A stretch of 64,000 nt of DNA from Dehalococcoidia bacterium (GCA_965203855.1 CBDBDN010000005.1:577804-641803), one strand, 5' to 3'; positions 1 to 9,473 are shown, counted from the stretch's first letter. Notes: generated from the letters alone by a model not told the origin. A program made the numbers and translations.

Positions 1-83
1 GACGCCAGCCGGCGCGCCACATTGACGATTTTGCCGGCGTCGGCTACCGAACTGCCGCCATATTTATGCACATACAGCGCCAT
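1..83 (-). CDS. aspartate kinase, N-terminal fragment running off the window edge
   Basis: Reverse-strand ATG at 81-83. Translation MALYVHKYGGSSVADAGKIVNVARRLA matches the conserved aspartokinase N-terminus (KYGGSS). Starts 7 nt after the thrB stop. Confidence 0.6.
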   Translation of the reverse strand, partial: MALYVHKYGGSSVADAGKIVNVARRLA

Positions 84-90
84 AGCGTAG

Positions 91-1071
91 TTATTCGTCC
101 GCATCCGGCGTGAATGCGGAATCCTGCGGAGCTCGGGATACGGATACGATGTGCGCCCCTTGCGCCGTCGGCTGCGTAACCTCAACCCGCCCGGCTACCC
201 CGCAGAGCCGGGCGGCGTCAAACATTTCGTAGGCTACGGTCATCTCTTTTCCTTGCGTCAACGCCAAAATCGTACTGCCGCTGCCCGACAGAAACACTCC
301 CAGCGCGCCGGCGTCCATTGCCGCCTTGAATATAACCCGCATCGCCGGAAAAATCGCTTGGCGATAGGGCTGATGCAGGCAGTCCTGCGTTGCGATTTGC
401 AGATATTCCGGGCGGCTGCCCTCCAGCGCCGCTACCAGCAGAGCGGCCCGGCTCATATTGTACACCGCATCGGCAACGCTCACCTCGGACGGCAGCACGC
501 GCCGGGCGTCCACGGTAGCGATGCGATGCTCCGGTATCAGCAGGACGGCGCGCAGCTCCGCCGGTATGTTGACGGGCGCAGTATAGATGCGGTTGTCGGC
601 ATCGGATACGACCAGCCGGAGGCCGCCGTGCACCGCCGCCGCCACATTGTCGGGATGCCCCTCAATAGTGGCCGCCATTTCCAGCAGTTCGTTGGCATTG
701 AAAGGATTGTCCAGCAGCGCATTGGCGGCCACCAGCCCGCCGGCGATGGCGGCGGCGCTGCTGCCCATCCCCCGGCTCAGCGGGATGGCATTCTCGCAGT
801 GCAGCGACAGCGGCGGCATTGGCGCATCGGCCTCGCCGTACAGAAACTCCATTGCCCGGTAAGTCAGGTTGTCGGTATCGGCGGACAACTCGCCGGCGCC
901 CTCTCCGCTGATGGCAACCGACGGGCTGCTCCCGTCCGGCAGCGCGGCAACGGTAAGCCGGTTCCAGACCTCCAAGGCCATACCCAGGCAGTCATAGCCG
1001 GGCCCCAGGTTGGCCGTAGTCGCCGGAGCGCGTACCGTTACCGATACTAATTCTGCTGCTGCGGTGTCCAT
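91..1071 (-). CDS. thrB: homoserine kinase (GHMP kinase family)
   Basis: 326-aa ORF with PATTANLGPGYDCLGMAL and the GHMP motif GMGSSAAAIAGG. Confidence 0.9.
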   Translation of the reverse strand: MDTAAAELVSVTVRAPATTANLGPGYDCLGMALEVWNRLTVAALPDGSSPSVAISGEGAGELSADTDNLTYRAMEFLYGEADAPMPPLSLHCENAIPLSRGMGSSAAAIAGGLVAANALLDNPFNANELLEMAATIEGHPDNVAAAVHGGLRLVVSDADNRIYTAPVNIPAELRAVLLIPEHRIATVDARRVLPSEVSVADAVYNMSRAALLVAALEGSRPEYLQIATQDCLHQPYRQAIFPAMRVIFKAAMDAGALGVFLSGSGSTILALTQGKEMTVAYEMFDAARLCGVAGRVEVTQPTAQGAHIVSVSRAPQDSAFTPDADE

Positions 1072-1282
1072 TATTCGGGGGCTGATATGGGGAGGGACTG
1101 CGCCATTGACCGGGCGCGGCTATTGTACCGCAATGTTGGGGTTGATGCCAGGTTCAGGTTAGGGATGAATGCGCCGGGGCTGCGCTTGCGGGTCGGTTTG
1201 CCGGGCTGATGGGGGAGTGGTAGGATTGCGCCGCCAGGGCAATCTATGGAACTGCCCGAATCAAAACACGGTTGCATACCCA

Positions 1283-2164
1283 ATGAATGTTTGTAAGGTA
1301 GCCGCCGGCGCCGGCTTGCTGCTGGTTGCTTTCGCACTGGCGGCGGCGTGTGCGACGCCGGCGCCGGAACCGCTGCCCACTTATACGCCGGCGCCGACGG
1401 CAACGACTTATCCGACGCATACCCCTTTTCCAACTTGGACGCCGGCGCCGACGGTTACGCCCTACCCCACGCCTACCCCGTTTCCGACTTATACGCCATA
1501 TCCAACCTGGACGCCGGCGCCAACGCCGCCGCCAACCCCGGCGGTTGTCCGCCCCTGGACATTGCACACGGATTCGTACCGTTGGGATGATGGAGAGGCG
1601 GCGCCGTTTGCCAGATTGTCCAAAAGCAGTTCAGTCGGCGGAGTTGCGGGCCAGCGCGGGTATATCCCCGCTGTGCTAAACTTGGAGTGCATCATCCCCA
1701 GCCACCAGCCGGCCTACTGGTGGATAGATATCGACTGGCGCGGCGTAATCAGCGCTACTGACACTTCCGCAATGACGGTCCTGGCCCAGTTTGACGGCGG
1801 CGGTTATCGTATTGAGGATTGGGAAAAGCCTGATGCCTATTTAAATTACTTGGTCGCTCCGTACAACAGCGAGGCGGCTTATATCATTGACTTTTTGCAG
1901 TACCGGACTTTCCGTCTGGAGCTGCCAGATGGCGACACGACCACCATCTGGAACGAGTGGGATTTGCGAGGGTTGGACAAATGGATTAGCCATCCTGCGG
2001 ATTTGTGCGCCATCGCCGCGGGCAATCCGCCCCAAACCCGGGACGGAACACCGACGCCTGATGCTACTCTACCTCAGGAGGCGACGCCGACGCTGGACGC
2101 TACTATGGCGCCGGCCACAACCCCATCATCCGACGCAACGCCCACCCCGTCCCCGGTGCCATAA
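1283..2164 (+). CDS. putative lipoprotein with a Pro/Thr-rich repeat linker and a C-terminal globular domain
   Basis: Internal ATG at 1283 gives MNVCKVAAGAGLLLVAFALAAAC (signal peptide plus lipobox LAAAC), followed by TPAPTxTxYPT repeats. No recognisable catalytic motif. Confidence 0.6.
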   Translation: MNVCKVAAGAGLLLVAFALAAACATPAPEPLPTYTPAPTATTYPTHTPFPTWTPAPTVTPYPTPTPFPTYTPYPTWTPAPTPPPTPAVVRPWTLHTDSYRWDDGEAAPFARLSKSSSVGGVAGQRGYIPAVLNLECIIPSHQPAYWWIDIDWRGVISATDTSAMTVLAQFDGGGYRIEDWEKPDAYLNYLVAPYNSEAAYIIDFLQYRTFRLELPDGDTTTIWNEWDLRGLDKWISHPADLCAIAAGNPPQTRDGTPTPDATLPQEATPTLDATMAPATTPSSDATPTPSPVP

Positions 2165-2186
2165 CCGCAGGGAATGACGGATTGAA

Positions 2187-3293
2187 TCAGGATAACACCT
2201 GCTGGCTGACATACCGCCCCAGATCGCGGTTTTCCCGGAACACGAACCCTCCGAAATCGCCGCCGTATCCGATGATGGGCACCGCCTGCTCGTGGGCCGA
2301 CCCATGCGAGCGCAGATTCGGCGGCAGCGTAACTTCCGCCGGGTCGCCGAACACTACATCCGCCGCGCCCGTAACCAGCAGATCGCCGATGCGGTAGTCC
2401 ATCAGACGGTAGCGCGCGGCGGCGTCCTCCCGCGTCAACGCATCCTCAACGCCGTCGGTCGCGCGCAGTATCCCAATGGCGTCATCCTGCGCCGTCGGGT
2501 CGTCCAGATGGACATAAATGCTGCCGCCCAAGTTGGAGTGATGCACTACATAGCGGTCTTTGATGACCGGCACCGCCTGCGCCGCAATGCCGTGCTGCGC
2601 CAGGATGCCCGGCAGATGCAGCATCCGCCGCTTGTCCGACATCCCATGGTCGGCGGTAATCAGCAGCTGCAAATCGGGAATATCGGCGGCCAGGCGTCCC
2701 AGCGCAGCGTCCAGCAAAGCAATGTGCCGCGCCGATTCGGGATGCTGCGGGCCGTAAGTGTGCATCGCATAATCGGTAGTAGCGATAAATGCCAGGTCAT
2801 AATGCTCCGCCATCAGGGCGGCGCGGGCCGCCTCAATCGTCCAGCGGTTGACTTCCAGCGAATAGATGTCCGGCGGTTGGCCGGCCGCCGCCACTGCCGC
2901 CGCCGTCGGCTGCTCCGACGAAAACGCCAGGGCGGTGTCGTCGCCCAGCAGGCGGCGCAGCTTGTCTTTGGACGCCGCCAGCAGCGACCGCCCGCCGTTG
3001 CGCCGGCACTGGGCAAAAATGGTATCCGAGCAGATGAACGCGCCCGATTCCACATATTCCTCAATGCCGGCGGCCTGATCCAGCCAGTAATTGGAAACGA
3101 TGCCGTGCTGCGCCGGGTAATGCCCGGTAGCCATTGAGGTGTTGTTGACATTGGTAACGCTGGGCATCATCCCGCCGCCGGTTACCTGAAAGCCCTCCGC
3201 CGCAAACCGCCGCAGGTTGGGCGCCGGGCAGGCGTCAAGGTACTCGGGATCCAGCCCGTCAATCATTACCAGCACGGTGGTTGCAGCAGACAT
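2187..3293 (-). CDS. alkaline-phosphatase-superfamily phosphodiesterase (nucleotide pyrophosphatase / phosphonoacetate-hydrolase-like)
   Basis: VLVMIDGLDPEYL, SVTNVNNTSMATGHYPAQHGIVSN and ITADHGM motifs typical of type I phosphodiesterase/NPP enzymes. Start moved to the ATG at 3293 (MSAATTVLV). Confidence 0.65.
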   Translation of the reverse strand: MSAATTVLVMIDGLDPEYLDACPAPNLRRFAAEGFQVTGGGMMPSVTNVNNTSMATGHYPAQHGIVSNYWLDQAAGIEEYVESGAFICSDTIFAQCRRNGGRSLLAASKDKLRRLLGDDTALAFSSEQPTAAAVAAAGQPPDIYSLEVNRWTIEAARAALMAEHYDLAFIATTDYAMHTYGPQHPESARHIALLDAALGRLAADIPDLQLLITADHGMSDKRRMLHLPGILAQHGIAAQAVPVIKDRYVVHHSNLGGSIYVHLDDPTAQDDAIGILRATDGVEDALTREDAAARYRLMDYRIGDLLVTGAADVVFGDPAEVTLPPNLRSHGSAHEQAVPIIGYGGDFGGFVFRENRDLGRYVSQQVLS

Positions 3294-3381
3294 TTTATAA
3301 CCGCCGGAATGTAGCGCGCGCGGCCAAACCGCAGTCGTTACGATGCAGCCGCAAGGGCAGCGGCTGCGAAAACTGCGTTGC

Positions 3382-3409
3382 ATTATACCGCATAGCTGGC
3401 GATTGGTCA
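3382..3409 (-). promoter_or_regulatory. candidate sigma70-type promoter for the phosphodiesterase gene
   Basis: Minus strand reads TGACCA, 16 nt, TATAAT (plus-strand attata at 3382-3387, tggtca at 3404-3409). An 8-bp perfect hairpin GCAGCCGC/GCGGCTGC lies in the 5' UTR. Confidence 0.4.
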
Positions 3410-3668
3410 GTCGTGAAAAACTGCGTACCGCCCCAATTGACCGATCGTCTAAAAAGGGCTAGTATATCCGCAAGGTTGAACGCGCTTCGGCCGGCGGCAT
3501 GGTAATAACTGGATTGCCGTTAGAGATGCCAAGTATCTGGCCAGAGCTTGGCCGGCGGGCCGTCCCCGGAGTAGTACGGGGCGGTTCGCTAAGGGCCGTT
3601 GGGCGTGGACAGCCGGCGTCAGCTCGGACTACTCCGGGATGACGTCTACACAATAGCGGGTTGGCTTT

Positions 3669-3698
3669 TCGTCATTCCGGCTTGCGCCGGAATTTATG
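3669..3698. repeat. family-A hairpin repeat (single copy)
   Basis: CGTCATTCCGGCTTGCGCCGGAAT immediately after the DUF3800 stop codon. Confidence 0.8.
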
Positions 3699-3707
3699 GC
3701 ATTCGTT

Positions 3708-4454
3708 TCAGGCTTCGGATAGGTCAATCAACCCCCATCCGTGCGCTTGGCCTTGCGGGTTTTGGTACAGTTTGGCGCTTACGACGTCCCAAGCTCGGTT
3801 TTGACGCTGCGGGTTCGCTAGATGGCGGCCAATAGGAGCGGCGACCAGGTCGGCGATTTGTACCCCCGCAGTGTTATTGCCCTTGTCGTCAAATTGAATT
3901 TTAAAATTGGGCGGCGCCTGCTCGGAATCCAAGTCGTCTTGCCGTAGCGTTTGGTATTCCTGCAACAGCCCGTTGTCATCTTGTTTGCCGCGCGATTCAA
4001 TGACGATGCTTGTAGCAATCTCGTGTTGCCCCCGGCTATGCAACAGGTTGTCCAAACGTATAATGCACTGTCGGAACGCCAAACGGTCAACGGCTCTGGT
4101 ACTGGTATAGCGTTGCTGAAACCGATTCAATTCTACGACCGCAGCGATAACGGTAAAATTCGCATCAGCAATCAGCCGGGTCAAGTCGTCCAGAAAGACC
4201 GCCCTCCTCTGCGGATCGCCTGGAAAATCGAAGGGCGGTTGGCGGCGGCGTATCGAGTGCGCGTGCAAGATTACATCCTGTTCCCCGAAATGATACGCCT
4301 TTAGCGCAGCTACGGCCGGCGCAACCGTCGCATCGTAGTCCTGACGGCGGAACACGCAGCAACAAAACACGAAAACCGGGTAGTTGGGGTCAACGCTTTT
4401 GAGGTTGGGATTGCCGCTTTCATCGGCAAAGATGATGTATTCGCTCTGAGGCAT
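3708..4454 (-). CDS. DUF3800 domain protein
   Basis: Real start is the ATG at 4454 (MPQSEYIIFADESGNP). The FADESG N-terminus and IADLVA near the C-terminus are typical of DUF3800. The upstream 175 codons of the 423-aa ORF overlap uppP and are not credible. Confidence 0.7.
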   Translation of the reverse strand: MPQSEYIIFADESGNPNLKSVDPNYPVFVFCCCVFRRQDYDATVAPAVAALKAYHFGEQDVILHAHSIRRRQPPFDFPGDPQRRAVFLDDLTRLIADANFTVIAAVVELNRFQQRYTSTRAVDRLAFRQCIIRLDNLLHSRGQHEIATSIVIESRGKQDDNGLLQEYQTLRQDDLDSEQAPPNFKIQFDDKGNNTAGVQIADLVAAPIGRHLANPQRQNRAWDVVSAKLYQNPQGQAHGWGLIDLSEA

Positions 4455-4480
4455 TGCGTCGTGCGGTCTTTGATTCGCCG

Positions 4481-5299
4481 CTACCCGATTGCGGCGAACA
4501 CCAGCGCGGCAATCCCCAGCGCAGCGCTCCACGGCGCGAACCACCGTAGCCGCCCCCCCAGCGTCCAGGCTACCGTCCAGCGCAAGGCCGCCAGCGCGAT
4601 AACGAAAGTCGCCGCCAGCATCGCCGCCATAATGAGCGCCGACTGCCACGACCCGAACAGCAGCAGCGGTTCCGGCCAAACTTGCGTCGCTCGGCCAATT
4701 GCGGACGCCAGAATGACCACCGGCGCCAGCAGCATCGCAAAATGTACCGCTGCGCCCCGATCCAGGCCGGCCGTCAAGCCGGCGACAATGGCAAAGCCGG
4801 AGCGCGACAGACCCGGCGCCAAAGCAATGCCCTGCGCCGCGCCAACCATCAGCGCCGCCCGCCAGGACGGGTACGGCATACGCCCATCGTCCGGCGCGCG
4901 GCGTCCGGCAGGGGCAACGGCCAGAACGACGGCGTTGACCAGCATCATCGCCCCCACGAACCAGGCCGATACCCACCATTCGTACAGAGCAGGCTGGTTC
5001 AGCGCCAGGGCGAACAGCGATGCGATGACGCCGGTAATAACCTGCGTCAAGCCGTAGCGCAAAACCTGCCCCGGACGCCGCCGCGGCGTCCCCAAATCCT
5101 TGATGGCCTCCCAGTAGCGGCGGCGATAATAGACGATGGCGGCAATGGCGGTGGCAATATGCAGCACGGTTGCCACAAACACCCGGTCGGCGGGGGCGTT
5201 CACCAGCTGCGACAGCAGCGCCAGATGGCCGCTGCTGGAAACGGGCAGAAACTCGGTAACCGCCTGCGCCAGGGCGAACAGGAGCGCAGTCAGGAGCAT
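4481..5299 (-). CDS. uppP: undecaprenyl-diphosphate phosphatase
   Basis: MLLTALLFALAQAVTEFLPVSSSGHL N-terminus and a polytopic membrane profile typical of BacA/UppP. Confidence 0.9.
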   Translation of the reverse strand: MLLTALLFALAQAVTEFLPVSSSGHLALLSQLVNAPADRVFVATVLHIATAIAAIVYYRRRYWEAIKDLGTPRRRPGQVLRYGLTQVITGVIASLFALALNQPALYEWWVSAWFVGAMMLVNAVVLAVAPAGRRAPDDGRMPYPSWRAALMVGAAQGIALAPGLSRSGFAIVAGLTAGLDRGAAVHFAMLLAPVVILASAIGRATQVWPEPLLLFGSWQSALIMAAMLAATFVIALAALRWTVAWTLGGRLRWFAPWSAALGIAALVFAAIG

Positions 5300-5328
5300 A
5301 ACGCGGCGCGCGGCCTCTCCCGACGTAA

Positions 5329-7185
5329 TTACTCTACGGTTACGGACTTGGCGAGGTTGCGCGGCTGGTCCACATCGCAGCCCCGGCGCACTGCGATATG
5401 GTACGCCAGCAGCTGCAACGGTATCGTCGCCAGGATGGGCGTCAGATTGGCGGCGGCATCGGGAATGTACATTGCGCCGTCCACCTGGCGCGCCAGCTCG
5501 TCATCCCCCTCCGTCAGCACCGCCAGCACGGCGCCGTCCCGCGCCATCACTTCCTGCACGCTGTTAGCCATCTTGCCGTACAGCGCATCCCGGGGCGCAA
5601 TGGCCAACGTCGGCATCTTGCGGTCAATCAGCGCAATAGGGCCGTGCTTCATCTCGCCGGCCGGGTAGGCTTCGGCGTGAATATAGCTTACCTCTTTCAG
5701 CTTCAGCGCGCCCTCGGACGCAATCGGCGCATTGACGCCCCGCGCCAGGTACAGAAAATTGCGCCTTCGGTAGAACCGCCGCGCCAGCTCGTCTATGCCG
5801 TCCGACTGCTCCAGCGCAGCGGCGATTTGTCCCGGCAGCTGCGCCAGTTCCTGCACACGCCGGCTCCGTTCCGCGCCGTCCAAATGCCCCCGCGCCATTC
5901 CAATCCGCAGCGCCATCAAGTTCAGTATGGTCAGCGATGCGGTAAAAGTCTTGCTGCTGGCTACCCCTACCTCCAGGCCGGAGCGCATCAGCAGCGTCGC
6001 ATCGGCCAGCCGGGTGGCCTGGCTGCCGGCCGCGTTGCAGATGGTAACCAGCCGGGCCGGACTCCGCTTGACCTGCTCCATCGCCGCCAGGGTGTCGGCG
6101 GTTTCGCCCGACTGCCCAATGGCGACCACCAGCGTATCCGCATCCAGGTGCGGCTCCCGGTAGCGGTATTCCGACGCCGATTCCGCCTCTGCCGGGATGC
6201 CGGCCAGCCGTTCCATCAGATGCCGGCCCACTTGGGCGGCGTGTCGGCTGGTGCCGCAGCCTACCAGCGCTACCCGCCGCAGCCGCCGCAGCTCCCCGTC
6301 GCTGATTTCCCAGTCGGGCAGCGGGATGCGCCCGTTGGCAAAGTCCACCCGATCCCGCAGCGCCGACATTACCGACTGCGGCTGCTCCATAATCTCTTTC
6401 AGCATAAAGTGCCGGTAGCAGCCCCGGTCAACCAGCGCCTCGTCCAAAGACATCGGACGCAGCGGCTTGTCCACCGTCTGCCCCCGCCGGTTCAGAAAGG
6501 TTACGCCCGATTTGCTGACCAGCGCCGCCTCTCCGTCATCCAGAAAGGCTACCGGCAGGCGTCCGTTCTGCCCCAGCAGCAGCAGCGCCGGCAGGTCGCT
6601 GGACACGATGCTTTGCCCCTGATGATGCGCTACGGCAACGCCGCCGGCGTGTCCCAGCCGCAGCGCGCAGATGCGATGCCCGTCGCCTTCCTGCATCGCC
6701 ACTACCGCCTGCGGCCCCTGTATCTGCTCTCCCATCCGCAGCACGGCTTGATGCAGCGGCAGCCCGTCGTTGATGCCCTCCTCAATCAGATGCGAAATCA
6801 CTTCGGTATCCGTTTCCGACTGGAACCGATGCCCGCGCCGCTGCAAATCCGTTTTCAGCGTCAGATAGTTCTCTACGATGCCGTTATGGGCTACGGCGAT
6901 GGCGCCGGAGCAGTCCGTATGGGGATGGGCGTTAGTTTCGGAGGGGCGGCCATGAGTAGCCCAGCGGGTATGCCCCAGGCCGGTAACGCCGCGCGGCGCC
7001 GGGGCCGCGTCCGGTTCCAGCAGCCCGGCAACCCGCCCCACCGTCTTGCGTAGCGCCAGCCCGCCGCCCGGCTCCAGCACGGCCACCCCGGCGCTGTCGT
7101 AGCCACGATATTCCAGCCGATGCAGCCCGTCCACCAGAATGGGCCAGGCCGGCCGATCCCCGGCGTATCCGATAATGCCGCACAT
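5329..7185 (-). CDS. glmS: glutamine--fructose-6-phosphate aminotransferase
   Basis: 618 aa. MCGIIGY N-terminal nucleophile, two SIS domains, C-terminal KSVTVE. Confidence 0.95.
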   Translation of the reverse strand: MCGIIGYAGDRPAWPILVDGLHRLEYRGYDSAGVAVLEPGGGLALRKTVGRVAGLLEPDAAPAPRGVTGLGHTRWATHGRPSETNAHPHTDCSGAIAVAHNGIVENYLTLKTDLQRRGHRFQSETDTEVISHLIEEGINDGLPLHQAVLRMGEQIQGPQAVVAMQEGDGHRICALRLGHAGGVAVAHHQGQSIVSSDLPALLLLGQNGRLPVAFLDDGEAALVSKSGVTFLNRRGQTVDKPLRPMSLDEALVDRGCYRHFMLKEIMEQPQSVMSALRDRVDFANGRIPLPDWEISDGELRRLRRVALVGCGTSRHAAQVGRHLMERLAGIPAEAESASEYRYREPHLDADTLVVAIGQSGETADTLAAMEQVKRSPARLVTICNAAGSQATRLADATLLMRSGLEVGVASSKTFTASLTILNLMALRIGMARGHLDGAERSRRVQELAQLPGQIAAALEQSDGIDELARRFYRRRNFLYLARGVNAPIASEGALKLKEVSYIHAEAYPAGEMKHGPIALIDRKMPTLAIAPRDALYGKMANSVQEVMARDGAVLAVLTEGDDELARQVDGAMYIPDAAANLTPILATIPLQLLAYHIAVRRGCDVDQPRNLAKSVTVE

Positions 7186-7206
7186 ACCGTATGCCTACCG
7201 CGATGC

Positions 7207-8331
7207 CTACCGCGTTCCCGGCCCGGCGGCGGACGCCGGCTGTTCTGCCGGAGATGCCGTCGGAGATATTGCCGAATGTTCTGCCGGATCTACCGCCGGC
7301 GCGCTGCCGTTGGCGTCGCCGGCCGCGACCGGCAGCTGCCACCCGGCGCCCGCCTCGTTCACGATTTCCATTATCGCCGCCGCCAACGCCGCCGGGTCGT
7401 GCCGCACGAATACCCCCGGCGCCAGCAGCGGACGCTGCACAATGCGGCCCGCCGCCGCGCCGGCGTCATCGTCAATTTCTACCGGATACTGCCCGTCGGC
7501 GGCGTAGCGTTGCAGCAGACGCGGCGGGATCGGCGCATCGTTCACCAGCAGATAATCCAGCGGCTCCCGCGTCCCCAGATACTCCGAAAGCAGTACCAGA
7601 AAATTGGACGCCCGAAAGCCGTCGCTTTCTCCCGGCTTGGTCATCAGATTGCAGATATGAATCTTGACCGCCGGCGATTCGGTAATGGCGCGGGCTACAT
7701 TTTCCACCAGCAGGTTCGGCAGCACGCTCGTATAAATATCGCCCGGCCCCAGCACGATGGCATCAGCGTTGGCGATGGCCGACAGCGCCGGCGGATGCAC
7801 ATAGGCCGGCGGATCCAGATAGATATAGTCAATGCCCACATCCAGCTTGTCGCGACGCAGGTCTATCTCCGATTCGCCGCTCAACAACGTCCCGTCCTCC
7901 AGGCAGGCAAACAGGGTAGATTTGGTCAGCGTAACGGGCAGGATGCTGCCCCGTACATCCAGCATCCGGGCGGCGGCGGCGATAGCGCCGGTAGTGCTGC
8001 CGGTAACCTCGGTCATCGCCGACAGCAGCAGATTACCGAAGCTGTGGCCGTTCAGCCCCTGCCCGGCGGAGAACCGATACTCAAAAAGCCGGCGCATCAT
8101 ATTGGCCGTTTCGGATTCGCCGGCCAGCGCCAGCAGGCACCGCCGCAAGTCGCCGGGCGGCAGATGCCCCAGCTCATCCCGCAAACGCCCGCTGCTGCCG
8201 CCGCTGTCGGTCATCGCCACGATGGCCGTAAGGTTGCAGTCGTGCGCGCGCAGCCCGGTCAGCGTCGTATAATTGCCGGCGCCCCCACCGACCACAACTA
8301 TGTTCTTTTTCCGCATCAGCCAATCGATCAT
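7207..8331 (-). CDS. YvcK/CofD-family gluconeogenesis factor-like protein with an Ala/Pro-rich C-terminal tail
   Basis: VVVGGGAGNYTTLTGL and AIVAMTDSGGSSGRLRDELGHLPPGDLRRCL motifs. Confidence 0.8.
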   Translation of the reverse strand: MIDWLMRKKNIVVVGGGAGNYTTLTGLRAHDCNLTAIVAMTDSGGSSGRLRDELGHLPPGDLRRCLLALAGESETANMMRRLFEYRFSAGQGLNGHSFGNLLLSAMTEVTGSTTGAIAAAARMLDVRGSILPVTLTKSTLFACLEDGTLLSGESEIDLRRDKLDVGIDYIYLDPPAYVHPPALSAIANADAIVLGPGDIYTSVLPNLLVENVARAITESPAVKIHICNLMTKPGESDGFRASNFLVLLSEYLGTREPLDYLLVNDAPIPPRLLQRYAADGQYPVEIDDDAGAAAGRIVQRPLLAPGVFVRHDPAALAAAIMEIVNEAGAGWQLPVAAGDANGSAPAVDPAEHSAISPTASPAEQPASAAGPGTR

Positions 8332-8550
8332 TCAAACGGCCTACGCCGCAATTTTTGGCGCCGGCAGCCGGACCACCCGTCCCGTCTGGCGATAATCCAC
8401 TAGTTCAACGAAGCAGTAGTTCAACGAGACGGCCCGCTAATCCGGTTAGTCCGGCGCAAAGGCTGCGCCAGGATAACGGGTTCCCCTGCGCCGCCGCCAG
8501 TATATTGACCGCCCCCGGCAGTGTCAATCGCCGCCAGCGCACCCGAACCA

Positions 8551-8603
8551 TCCCACAGCCCAATCCAAAATCCCCATCTATCCCCTTCATCCATGCCATA
8601 AAG
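8551..8603. repeat. family-B repeat (AATCCAAAATCCCCAT..CATCCATGCCATAA)
   Basis: About 50-bp motif also present at 9603-9653 and 29637-29685, in the same orientation. Confidence 0.7.
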
Positions 8604-8629
8604 AAACCCCCTCCACTAAATGGAGAGGG
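8600..8629 (-). terminator. intrinsic terminator of the 8668-9354 gene
   Basis: Minus strand reads CCCTCTCC-ATTTAGT-GGAGGGGG followed by TTTCTTT. Confidence 0.55.
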
Positions 8630-8667
8630 TTGGGCAACGAGAACGGGAAATGGGGAACGGCCGGCCC

Positions 8668-9354
8668 CTAGCGGCACCACGCCATATGCGCCCAGCGGAT
8701 GTACTGCGCGCCGTAGCTGGAGGGCGCTCTAACCTCCTGGTATCTCCCCCTTGAGAAGTAATGTAATACGCCGGTGGTAGTTATGTCGCCGGCATCAAGT
8801 TCCCCATTGTTGTTGCGGTCAATTACAACCCGGCGCCCGCTATTGGTTACGAATCCGCTGGTGCCATCGGAGGCGGTGATGCGGCTCCCTACCGGAGCGT
8901 TAGGGTCCGCAACGCCTTGGTGGGGTGGGGTAAGATAGTTGTTGCGCGCGTCAGCCAGAGCATTCGCAAGGCTGCCCCAGCCCCCGGTGTCCAAAATGCT
9001 GTTGAAAGTGTATTCGCCCGGTACGAAGGTCGCTCCGCGTACCAGTACAATCAGCCAGCCGCTGTCGCTGTTGCCGCCGTTGTACGCCGCCTGGCCGTCG
9101 CGGACGCCGTAATAACGGGGCTGCTGGCCGTATTCCTGGCAAACCCGCTGGGTGTAAATGTAGCCGCCAAAAGCGCCTTGCGCGGCGGCGTTGGGCGGGT
9201 TGTTGGGAAAGGCCAGCCCGCCGGCAACGGACAGCATCGCCAGGACGCCGATAACGGCAACCTTGCCCAGCCGCCACGCCCGCGCTTGCTTTACATAACT
9301 ACGGGGGGGGGTAGAACGCAACAGATGATTCATAATTCGTCCAACTCTCCGCAA
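8668..9354 (-). CDS. secreted hypothetical protein, paralog A (C-terminal YIRWAHMAWCR)
   Basis: 228 aa. N-terminal signal/anchor (KVAVIGVLAMLSVAGGLA). Shares the YxYTxRVCQEYGQQPRxYxVRDGQxAYNGGNSDSGWLIVL core and the YIRWAHMAWCR tail with the 55526-56087 gene. Contains an in-frame C9 tract (G9 on the plus strand, 9303-9311). Confidence 0.6.
   Translation of the reverse strand: MRRVGRIMNHLLRSTPPRSYVKQARAWRLGKVAVIGVLAMLSVAGGLAFPNNPPNAAAQGAFGGYIYTQRVCQEYGQQPRYYGVRDGQAAYNGGNSDSGWLIVLVRGATFVPGEYTFNSILDTGGWGSLANALADARNNYLTPPHQGVADPNAPVGSRITASDGTSGFVTNSGRRVVIDRNNNGELDAGDITTTGVLHYFSRGRYQEVRAPSSYGAQYIRWAHMAWCR
9303..9311. repeat. homopolymer G9 (C9 on the coding strand) inside codons 8-11 of paralog A
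   Basis: Read directly: acc ccc ccc cgt = TPPR. Confidence 0.9.
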
Positions 9355-9473
9355 TGCGAATATATCCGGCAGCGACTAGGCAAGCGCCGCCGGCGTCGTC
9401 AAATCAATATACCCTAGATCGCCCCGACAAGCAAGCGCCGCGCGGGCGGCAGCAAGGCAATTAGCTTCAACTT

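Noticed and set aside
4455-4979. N-terminal 175 codons of the 423-aa ORF 3708-4979.
   Set aside because: They overlap uppP, which has a clear motif-supported frame. The translation is Gly/Arg/Ala-rich. The DUF3800 domain starts at the internal ATG at 4454.
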